Origin: Candidatus Poribacteria bacterium
GTDB lineage: Bacteria > Poribacteria > WGA-4E > WGA-3G
NCBI GenBank assembly: GCA_022825825.1
Contig: JAJDWA010000037.1
Location: 34 to 64,033 of the forward strand
Length of the DNA stretch: 64,000 nucleotides
Reading direction: 5' to 3'
How positions within the stretch are numbered: the first letter of the stretch is position 1; the number at the start of each line of letters is the position of its first letter. Shown piece by piece: positions 28,440 to 36,457 of the stretch. A program made the position numbers and the translations under genes. The notes beneath the pieces were generated by a model. The model saw only the letters and a list, made by a program, of their open reading frames with translations, searched no databases and was not told the origin of the DNA.

Positions 28440-29720
28440 CTAAGTTGAAGTTGCCTTCGCATCAGTGCGTTTAATTACAACAACGGCGCGGTCATCCTTG
28501 AGTTGTGTCGTTCCGCTAAATTCTTTCAATTCCGTTTGAAGAACATCACAAAGTGCTTCAGCGGATAGTGTTAGATTTTTTGAGAAGCAGTCAATCAAAC
28601 GTTCTTCACCATAGAAGTTATTTGGTGTTTGCCCCTCAGTTTCGGTTACCCCATCGGTATAAAGTAAAAGGACATCTCCTGGAGATAATAGACAGGTTTC
28701 TGACGAAAAAGTTGCGATATCAAACGCGCCTATTAGCATTCCACCAGTTTCAAGTAACTCCACTTGATGTTTACTTTTTTCGGTTTGTTTAGGGCCTTCT
28801 AAGCCTTTAATAAAATGAATTGGTGGACAGTGTCCTCCATTAGAATAAGTAAACCTTCCCGTGTCTATTTCTAATATACCGTATACCATTGTGGCAAATT
28901 GTTCAAGGTCTGTGTTATGAAAAAGTAAAGTATTAATACGTTTTAAAACCGTTGCGGGCAAATGCGCGTTTGGCATTTGCCCTGAATCCGCTTCATTACT
29001 TAATAGACGTGAAGCTGTCTGGATCATTACCATTAAAAGTGCAGCTGGAATTCCATGTCCTTTTACATCGCCTAACACGATGCCGAGACGTGTGTCGCTA
29101 AGTGGGATAAAATCATAAAAGTCACCAGAAACAGAGGTTGAACTTCGGAACATGGTTGCGAAGTCGAAACCGGTAAAGGTAGGCGGCTTCTCTGGAAGTA
29201 ACTTGAGTTGAATTTCGGCAGCTGCTTGGAGATGCGAACCGAGTTCAGCTACACCTGCCTCGCTGAAACTTTCTCCCATCGCATTGATCAATGGATTGAT
29301 GTATTTTACAGGGCGTGTTCGCCCTAAAACTGCGTTAATCCGAGCAGTCACCTCACGCAAATCAAAAGGTTTTGTAATATAGTCATCCCCACCAACTTCT
29401 AATCCGCGTAATTTGTCCACAGTTTGTGATTTCGCTGTCAACCATAGGACGGGAATTGCATTTGTTTCACTATCTGCTTTTAGTTTCTCAATTACTTGTA
29501 AGCCATCCATCTGCGGCATCATAACGTCAAGCAGAATCAGGTCCGGTTGGTCCGCTTTAGCAAGTTGGATCCCATTTATACCGTTATTGGCGGTGATGAC
29601 ATGGAATCCATCAGAAGCCAAACTCATTTCGAGTAGAGCCAGGATATCAGTATCATCATCAATTACCAAAATGGTTTCAGCTGTTTGTGCCGTTGGAGAC
29701 ACAAAAATTGTTTCGGACAT
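28440..29720 (-). CDS. Response-regulator receiver fused to a PP2C/SpoIIE phosphatase (RsbU-like)
   Basis: Receiver motifs ILVIDDD, DLILLDVMMPQMDG and TAKS. PP2C motifs SGDFYDF, GDVKGHGIPAAL and LLLYTDGVTE. Confidence 0.9.
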   Translation of the reverse strand: MSETIFVSPTAQTAETILVIDDDTDILALLEMSLASDGFHVITANNGINGIQLAKADQPDLILLDVMMPQMDGLQVIEKLKADSETNAIPVLWLTAKSQTVDKLRGLEVGGDDYITKPFDLREVTARINAVLGRTRPVKYINPLINAMGESFSEAGVAELGSHLQAAAEIQLKLLPEKPPTFTGFDFATMFRSSTSVSGDFYDFIPLSDTRLGIVLGDVKGHGIPAALLMVMIQTASRLLSNEADSGQMPNAHLPATVLKRINTLLFHNTDLEQFATMVYGILEIDTGRFTYSNGGHCPPIHFIKGLEGPKQTEKSKHQVELLETGGMLIGAFDIATFSSETCLLSPGDVLLLYTDGVTETEGQTPNNFYGEERLIDCFSKNLTLSAEALCDVLQTELKEFSGTTQLKDDRAVVVIKRTDAKATST

Positions 29721-29764
29721 ATCTTTAGCCTTAAGTTTTCAATTCAGAAATTTGGTTAATGAAA

Positions 29765-30421
29765 TTACAGCACGCCATCGCTGTTTTCCTTTCGCCTGAT
29801 CTCTATTGTTGGAAGGACGCCTTCTCCCGTAACGTGCCAAACAGGATCCTGAAGAAACAGTTGTCTTATACGATCAATGAAGACTGTGTCTTTCGAGGCA
29901 ATAGCCATCTCGAAGGCAGCTCGTCTTATGTAAGGGTCCTTGTGTTGACAGAATTGGTCAGCGATTTCTTTGGCGTCATTTGGATAAAGACGGGCCAAGC
30001 TGAGGAGTGCTCGCCGCTTGCAGTAGTCGTCTGGGTCTTGAAGCCCTTTTTTTAAGAGATTTTCCGCCTTTCGACCTGCACAGCTAAGAACATCATACAC
30101 TTGCCATCGCGTACTTGCGTATGCCGACTTTGTCAGTAAAAGCAATACGTCCCAACATCGATCTATGTGGGTTCTTGCATAATCAGCAAGATGTTCTCCT
30201 TCTTTCGAAATGGCCCAGCATTTGTCAATATACTGGATATCCTCTCGTTTTGGGGATTGTCGGGTCATTTCGTAAATAGCGGCTTCCATCAAAAAACCCC
30301 ACTTGGGATAATCTTCCTGCCAACCCTCATCGTTTTGGTCTGCCGTGATCGCCCACTCTTTCCAATCTCTATATTTTCTTTTTAGATCGTTTGCCATCAT
30401 ATCCTCTACTGCTGTGTCCAC
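29765..30421 (-). CDS. Hypothetical protein with HEAT-like repeats
   Basis: Helical repeats such as LKKGLQDPDDYCKRRALLSLARL and CQHKDPYIRRAAFEMAI. Sits between the histidine kinase and the RR-PP2C gene. Confidence 0.5.
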   Translation of the reverse strand: MDTAVEDMMANDLKRKYRDWKEWAITADQNDEGWQEDYPKWGFLMEAAIYEMTRQSPKREDIQYIDKCWAISKEGEHLADYARTHIDRCWDVLLLLTKSAYASTRWQVYDVLSCAGRKAENLLKKGLQDPDDYCKRRALLSLARLYPNDAKEIADQFCQHKDPYIRRAAFEMAIASKDTVFIDRIRQLFLQDPVWHVTGEGVLPTIEIRRKENSDGVL

Positions 30422-30472
30422 CTAATTTACACCCTCAAATAATCATAATTCGTCGGTGTAAAAATAAAGTCT

Positions 30473-32962
30473 CTATGATAAAAACGGAATCCAAAATTGG
30501 AAGTTGCAACCTTTATCATTTTCGCCTACATCTACCCAGATTTTCCCTTTATGTGCTTCAACGAATCCGCGTGCGATTGGAAGACCTAAGCCGGTACCGC
30601 CCTGTTCCCGAGTTTGAATATTACTAAGTTGTCGGAATTTGTCAAAGACATCTTCACGGTCTTGAGCAGGGATACCAGGGCCAGTGTCTATCACCTCAAC
30701 ATGAATGCCATCGTTTTCATCCCTAACACTATCTTCTTTTATAGGACAATCCTTACGGGACATTTTCACGTTTACTTCGCCGTTTGACGGCGTGAATTTG
30801 ATGGCATTTCCTATCAGATTTGTTAAAATTTGACCGAGATATTCCGCATCCCCGTTTAGATCGGGTAAATCAGGTTGAACGCTTAAATCCAATTTGATTG
30901 TCTTTTCGTCGGCTTGTGGTTTGAGTTCCTCAATCCGTTGCTGCGCAATCTCAGCGAGGTCCACTGGCTCAAGTTTCATTACAATCCGTCCCGCTTCAAT
31001 ACGTGAAATATCAAGCAGATCATTAATCATTGTGGCGAGCCGTTCCGACTGGCGATGTGCGCGGGTCAAACTCTGTTGTTGGACTTCGTTAATCGGTCCA
31101 GCTTTTCCATCCAGTATCAGTGAGATAAATCCGATGATTGAAGTCAACGGAGTTCTCAATTCATGGGAGACAAGTGCTACAAAATCAGATTTCATCTTAT
31201 CAATTTCATGTTCACGCGTTATATCATCAAAAACATAGACCATTCCCGCCATCTCGGTATTTTCATTAGAAGAACTATCAGTATCTGCGGTTGTGCTAAC
31301 CGAAGAAAATTGGCTTGTCACAACACGAAGAATACGATTTTCACCTTCTTGGTCTAAGTTGATTTCAACTGTTGTTCGCGTATCCTGTCCGTGTGTATTT
31401 GCCAAAACAGTCAAATTCGTGATACGTAGCAATTCGGTAAATCGATCAGGAAACTGTGATGTCTCATTAAAGTTAAGCAGATGCTTAGCAGCGGGGTTAA
31501 AGTAAAGGATTCGGTCGCGAACATCAACCACAATGAGTCCTTCACCGAGGCAATCAACAATAGTCGTCATCTGTTGTTCGGCACTAATGAGTTTTTCAAC
31601 AGCAATTTTTAAATTACGGTGCATATCGTTGAATTCTTGTGCCAACATCCCGACTTCATTCTTACTGTGGATTGAGATAAGTTCAGCTTCTTCATTTTGG
31701 TACCACTGCATATTTGCTATCTGTTTGCGGACTTGATCAGACTCTTCTTGGACAACATCTTTTGCTTCTTGGCCGATACGTTTTGCTACTTGTGCGAGCT
31801 GCATAACCGGCTGAGAGATACGTTTTGCCACCGCATAAGCGATCGGTATAACTATTACACATGATAGAATGGTAACCCACAAGACATACTCGTTCAGTTT
31901 CACAACCCCTGCGTAAGCTTCGGAGCTTGGATATGAAACAAAAACAATCCAGTTACTGAAATTTGGCTCGGTTTTCCACGATTTCCATCTTGCTGGTCGT
32001 GTACTCGCCCATCCATAAACACGAGATTCACCGAAACGATCTACTTCACCTGAGGCTTCATAGCCGTAGTATTTTCCCTCCTCCGCTCCCCTTTTCGCTT
32101 TTTTCGCTTCTATTATTGCTCTCATTGTAGCATTTTCCGTTGATATCACATCACCTATCTTGTACTTACTTTGTGGTGAAGCGGCAATTACTTTTCCAGA
32201 TTGAGTTGTCAGAATGGTATGTGCCTTTTGCATGTCTGGTAGCAATTCAACAACATTGGAAAGTTCCGGCACTAAAAGAACAAGTCTGAGTACACCGACA
32301 GCTATGTATCCAGTGTCAGAAGACGATCGCGGACTTTTCCCGCGAATCGGAAATGCCATTGAAAGAGTATACGCACTGTGCTCCTGATCATAGGTGACAT
32401 CCTCAATGTATCGAGAACCTTCACTGTTGTTGAAAGCTCTATCCCACCAAACTTGGTCATCAACCCGATACGGTAGATCCCTTCTCGGATCGAAATCTAA
32501 TTTTGAATTGTTTGAGCGGAGAACATACCCATCAGCATTTGTAATTGTAACCTCACTTCCATTTCTACGGATGCGTCTTCTGTTCCTGCTACCAGTATAA
32601 GTTTCCAACAACCGAATACTACCCCCTAAATTGCTCCACACTTCAAAAAAAACATTATAATTTCCTTTAGCATTGTTAGATTTTATAACTGGATCTCGAA
32701 TCTCTTTTTGAATATTCGGTATCTCCGCAAGGATTTTTCGCATCCTCTCTGAAATAGAGCGATCCGCTTCGTTGAGTTTTGCTTGTGCTAATAAAGCCAT
32801 ACCTTCACCAACGCTGCTTCTCAAAGCGTTTTCACCCAACCTTTTGATTGTCAGTGAAACAATTAATAACGGCGTAAGCGAAACAAGCAGAAACAGAAGA
32901 ACTTGTTGGCTGCGCAATCCCATCTTAAACCGAGTACGCATTGCAGGTTTTTTCTCTTTCAT
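30473..32962 (-). CDS. Sensor histidine kinase (TM - Cache-like ectodomain - TM - HAMP - PAS - HisKA - HATPase)
   Basis: Two TM segments flank a ~330-aa ectodomain. H-box FVALVSHELRTPLTSIIGF, N-box LIGNAIKFT, G-boxes DTGPGI and GTGLGLPIARG. Confidence 0.9.
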   Translation of the reverse strand: MKEKKPAMRTRFKMGLRSQQVLLFLLVSLTPLLIVSLTIKRLGENALRSSVGEGMALLAQAKLNEADRSISERMRKILAEIPNIQKEIRDPVIKSNNAKGNYNVFFEVWSNLGGSIRLLETYTGSRNRRRIRRNGSEVTITNADGYVLRSNNSKLDFDPRRDLPYRVDDQVWWDRAFNNSEGSRYIEDVTYDQEHSAYTLSMAFPIRGKSPRSSSDTGYIAVGVLRLVLLVPELSNVVELLPDMQKAHTILTTQSGKVIAASPQSKYKIGDVISTENATMRAIIEAKKAKRGAEEGKYYGYEASGEVDRFGESRVYGWASTRPARWKSWKTEPNFSNWIVFVSYPSSEAYAGVVKLNEYVLWVTILSCVIVIPIAYAVAKRISQPVMQLAQVAKRIGQEAKDVVQEESDQVRKQIANMQWYQNEEAELISIHSKNEVGMLAQEFNDMHRNLKIAVEKLISAEQQMTTIVDCLGEGLIVVDVRDRILYFNPAAKHLLNFNETSQFPDRFTELLRITNLTVLANTHGQDTRTTVEINLDQEGENRILRVVTSQFSSVSTTADTDSSSNENTEMAGMVYVFDDITREHEIDKMKSDFVALVSHELRTPLTSIIGFISLILDGKAGPINEVQQQSLTRAHRQSERLATMINDLLDISRIEAGRIVMKLEPVDLAEIAQQRIEELKPQADEKTIKLDLSVQPDLPDLNGDAEYLGQILTNLIGNAIKFTPSNGEVNVKMSRKDCPIKEDSVRDENDGIHVEVIDTGPGIPAQDREDVFDKFRQLSNIQTREQGGTGLGLPIARGFVEAHKGKIWVDVGENDKGCNFQFWIPFLS

Positions 32963-33045
32963 CGCTGCTCTCCTTTAAGATTCAGATTCTCCGTACCCGA
33001 TGGGAACTAATATGACATCAATCATTACTCTGTTGAATCCTCAAC

Positions 33046-33381
33046 TTACGAAAAAGCGTTGAGCGCGGCTTCCTTAGTTTCGTACACCTCTAAAATTGAC
33101 GTAAGACGCGTAACTTCTAATATACTACTAACAGTTTTTTGTGGATTTAGCAGCACCAATTTTCCCCCCGATCTTTGCAAAATTTGCATGGTGACAATAA
33201 TGACGCCAAGTGCAGTACTGTCAAGGAGTGGGACGTTCTTCAGATCAATAATCAGTTTGTTATTCCCATTTTGCAGCTGCTGTTCTATTTCTTTGCGGAA
33301 TTCTGTTACTGTATTGCCAATAATTTTCCCTTGCACGTGGACAACTGCCGTGTTTACAGCGTCCGTTGTAATCTCAAACAT
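33046..33381 (-). CDS. Second STAS-domain anti-sigma-factor antagonist
   Basis: Starts at MFEIT, with the RBS GAAGGAG upstream. The conserved motif is LDSTALG, with Ser-Thr at the phosphosite. Confidence 0.8.
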   Translation of the reverse strand: MFEITTDAVNTAVVHVQGKIIGNTVTEFRKEIEQQLQNGNNKLIIDLKNVPLLDSTALGVIIVTMQILQRSGGKLVLLNPQKTVSSILEVTRLTSILEVYETKEAALNAFS

Positions 33382-33473
33382 TACATAAAACTCCTTCACC
33401 GGCGAATTGCTATTGCCGTACATACTAAATCATCTGCGTGAGCGTGATGATAAAAGAAAAATTACCCGGTGTA

Positions 33474-34148
33474 TTAGATTTCACCATCAACACAACGCAC
33501 AACAATGTAGCAACGATTGAGTTGTGAAATTGGACTATCGTACACTCCTTCAATTTCTCCACCAAGTTTCTGTAGTGCTTTAATGCTTTGGCGAATCTCT
33601 ACATCTTTCTCACTGGATTTATATGCTACCCATCTACCTGTAGCATTGAGCAACGGTAAACAGTATTCGGCTGAGTCTACCAGTGAGGCAACGTAACGTG
33701 TCAAAACCCAGTCATAAGTCCTCATAAACGTATCGTTTTTAGCACAAATTTCAGCGCGCTTCGCTAAGACCTGAATTGGCGAATCTAAACCCAATTGAGA
33801 AACCAGATATTTGAGAAACGCCACCTTCTTATGGGAGGCTTCAACAAGTGTTAGTCGGATATTGGGGATATAGATTTTAAGTACAACCCCAGGAAATCCG
33901 GCACCGGTTCCAATGTCAATAACTGTTTGACCATCTTTAATAGCAAAATGTTCAAGAACACTGACAGAATCGAGGAAATGTTTATAAATTACTTCAGTGT
34001 TGTCGTTAAGTGCCGTTAGATTTATATGTGAATTCCACCGTTGCAATTCAGAGCGGTACACAGTCAACTGTTCAATCTGAATCGGGGTCAGTGGAAATCC
34101 GTTACTTTTGAACACTTCTTCAAGTTGATGACGGAATTGCGTTTCCAT
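33474..34148 (-). CDS. rsmG: 16S rRNA (guanine527-N7)-methyltransferase
   Basis: SAM motif DIGTGAGFPG, typical length, and position directly downstream of mnmG. Confidence 0.9.
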   Translation of the reverse strand: METQFRHQLEEVFKSNGFPLTPIQIEQLTVYRSELQRWNSHINLTALNDNTEVIYKHFLDSVSVLEHFAIKDGQTVIDIGTGAGFPGVVLKIYIPNIRLTLVEASHKKVAFLKYLVSQLGLDSPIQVLAKRAEICAKNDTFMRTYDWVLTRYVASLVDSAEYCLPLLNATGRWVAYKSSEKDVEIRQSIKALQKLGGEIEGVYDSPISQLNRCYIVVRCVDGEI

Positions 34149-34202
34149 ATTTTCTTGGCAATTATTCTAATTCAGTGTCTCAAATACCTCCATCGTATCA
34201 AA

Positions 34203-36077
34203 CTACCGGTTTTGCTGATGCAGCATCACCATTAAAATAGAGATGTCTGCTGGCGAAACGCCAGGCAGACGCGAAGCTTGTCCTATAGAGGCAGGACGGA
34301 TTTTTTCAAGTTTCTCACGTGCTTCAGTTTTCAGTCCGCGCACATCCACATAGTTGAACGTATCCGGAATGCGAAGATTTTCTAATTTTTTGAATTGGTG
34401 AATCTGTCGTTGTTGCCGTTGGATATAGCCATCATATTTTATTTGGATTTCAACCTGTTCTTTGACCGCTGGTGGTAGTTCTTCGTCTGTCGGTGCCAAA
34501 CGTGCTATGTGTTCATAACTGAGTTCAGGACGTTTGAGCAGGTCTGCTAATAACGTGGGTTGTTTTAGTTCACCTGTTTGGACGATATCTGCCAATCGAT
34601 CAATAGTTGCTGCGTTTGGAATCAAACGTGTTTCGTCTAATCGCTTCAGTTCTGCTTTGATAAACGATGCTTTCTTTTGGAATCTGCTGTATGTGTTATC
34701 ATCAACAAGTCCAATCTGTCTACCGATTTCGGTGAGCCGTAGGTCTGCATTATCTTCCCGTAACGCCAACCTATATTCCGCACGTGATGTGAACATGCGA
34801 TAAGGTTCACGGATGTCCAACGTAACTAAATCGTCAATGAGAACAGCGATATATGCCTGGGATCTATCAAGGATAAGCGGTTCTTCGCCCTTCACTTTCA
34901 AAGCAGCGTTGATGCCTGCCATAAGTCCTTGTGCGGCGGCTTCCTCATAGCCGGTCGTGCCGTTGAGTTGTCCAGCAAAATAGAGTCCGGGAACCGTTTT
35001 TGTTTCAAGTGTCGGCTGGAGTTGCGTAGCAGGGGCAAAGTCGTATTCTACTGCGTATCCAAAGCGCATAATCTCAGCGTTCTCCAAGCCTTTGATACTA
35101 TGCACCATTTCTACCTGTACATCTTCAGGCAAACTCGCTGAGATGCCGTTAAGATAAATCTCATCGGTATCTAATCCTTCTGGCTCTACAAAGACCTGAT
35201 GTTCTGTTTTTTCAGCAAAACGGGTCACTTTATCTTCAATGGAGGGGCAATAGCGGGGACCGATACCAACAATACGCCCACTGTACATCGCGGAACGGTG
35301 AAGATTTTCTTTAATTACATCGTGTGTTTTTTCATTTGTATAGGTGAGGTAACACGGCACTTGTGGCTGTGTTATTTGCTCAGTGGAGAAGGAAAACGGT
35401 AGCGGGTCTTCATCACCTGGTTGAATCTCCATCCGGCTAATGTCAATGGAATGTGCATTGACGCGGGGTGGTGTGCCTGTTTTGAGTCTACCGATCTCAA
35501 AGCCAAGATTCAGAAAACTTTCAGAAAGTTTTTCAGCGGAGGATTCGCCTGCCCTGCCAGCACTGTAAGATACATCTCCGATATGGATGAGGCCTCTCAG
35601 AAAAGTGCCTGTGGTCAGAATGACAGTATCTCCATAATATGCTGTTTGTGTTTGGCTTTTAATTCCAATGCACCGCCCATTTTCGGTTAGCAATTCTTCT
35701 ACCAACACCTGTTTTATGTCGAGGTGTTCTTGTCCTTCCAGCACACGTTTCATTTCATCTTGATAAGCTTTTTTGTCTGCCTGGGCGCGACTGGATCGTA
35801 CCGCCGGTCCCTTTTTGGTGTTCAAGCGGCGGAATTGGATGCCGGTCTTGTCAATGTTTTTTGCCATCTCCCCGCCCAGCGCGTCTATCTCTTTGACGAG
35901 ATGTCCTTTGGCGAGACCGCCAATGGCGGGGTTACAAGACATCTTGGCAATCGTATCTAAATTGATAGTTACGATGAGCGTTTCGCAGCCCATGCGCGCA
36001 GCGGCGAGTGCGGCTTCACACCCTGCATGACCTGCTCCTACAACTATGACATCGTATTTTTTATGATATGTGTTCAT
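34203..36077 (-). CDS. mnmG: tRNA uridine 5-carboxymethylaminomethyl modification enzyme
   Basis: FAD motif YDVIVVGAGHAGCEAA and a full-length GidA match. The start was trimmed to MNTYHKKYDV at 36077. Confidence 0.93.
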   Translation of the reverse strand: MNTYHKKYDVIVVGAGHAGCEAALAAARMGCETLIVTINLDTIAKMSCNPAIGGLAKGHLVKEIDALGGEMAKNIDKTGIQFRRLNTKKGPAVRSSRAQADKKAYQDEMKRVLEGQEHLDIKQVLVEELLTENGRCIGIKSQTQTAYYGDTVILTTGTFLRGLIHIGDVSYSAGRAGESSAEKLSESFLNLGFEIGRLKTGTPPRVNAHSIDISRMEIQPGDEDPLPFSFSTEQITQPQVPCYLTYTNEKTHDVIKENLHRSAMYSGRIVGIGPRYCPSIEDKVTRFAEKTEHQVFVEPEGLDTDEIYLNGISASLPEDVQVEMVHSIKGLENAEIMRFGYAVEYDFAPATQLQPTLETKTVPGLYFAGQLNGTTGYEEAAAQGLMAGINAALKVKGEEPLILDRSQAYIAVLIDDLVTLDIREPYRMFTSRAEYRLALREDNADLRLTEIGRQIGLVDDNTYSRFQKKASFIKAELKRLDETRLIPNAATIDRLADIVQTGELKQPTLLADLLKRPELSYEHIARLAPTDEELPPAVKEQVEIQIKYDGYIQRQQRQIHQFKKLENLRIPDTFNYVDVRGLKTEAREKLEKIRPASIGQASRLPGVSPADISILMVMLHQQNR

Positions 36078-36105
36078 CTTATACTTCCCACTTCCATTGT
36101 AGGTT

Positions 36106-36345
36106 TTAGGGTGTCCATGCGTCCCATTCCTTATCGCCTTCAACATCCCACCAATCTGTTGATTCTATGCTTGTTGCAATAGATGCCAGTTTCTCTGTTT
36201 CAGTCAAAAGACCATTGTCAGGAGAACAATACGCACTCAACACACCTACAAGGACATTCTCTAATTTGACCCCTTGCGTTTTGGCAATTTGGTTAGCACG
36301 TCGGTACACGGCATCGGGAATATTGAGTGTGACTTGATGTTCCAT
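36106..36345 (-). CDS. Small hypothetical protein, possibly a ribbon-helix-helix fold
   Basis: 79-aa ORF with the RBS GAAAGG. The N-terminal VTLNIPDAVYRRANQIAK resembles an RHH beta-strand plus helix. No partner toxin gene is adjacent. Confidence 0.45.
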   Translation of the reverse strand: MEHQVTLNIPDAVYRRANQIAKTQGVKLENVLVGVLSAYCSPDNGLLTETEKLASIATSIESTDWWDVEGDKEWDAWTP

Positions 36346-36396
36346 TATTTTACCTTTCTGTTTTTGATAAAAATATAAAGTTTCCAGACCGAGAAT

Positions 36397-36427
36397 ATTA
36401 TATCATTTCCTAAAGAAAATACGTCAA
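36397..36427 (-). promoter_or_regulatory. Sigma-70-type promoter for the small ORF-mnmG-rsmG transcription unit
   Basis: The minus strand reads TTGACG, 19 nt, TATAAT. An alternative -10 is GATATA at 17 nt. Confidence 0.4.
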
Positions 36428-36457
36428 TCTTTCGGACCGCAATTGTATTCGGTTTAA

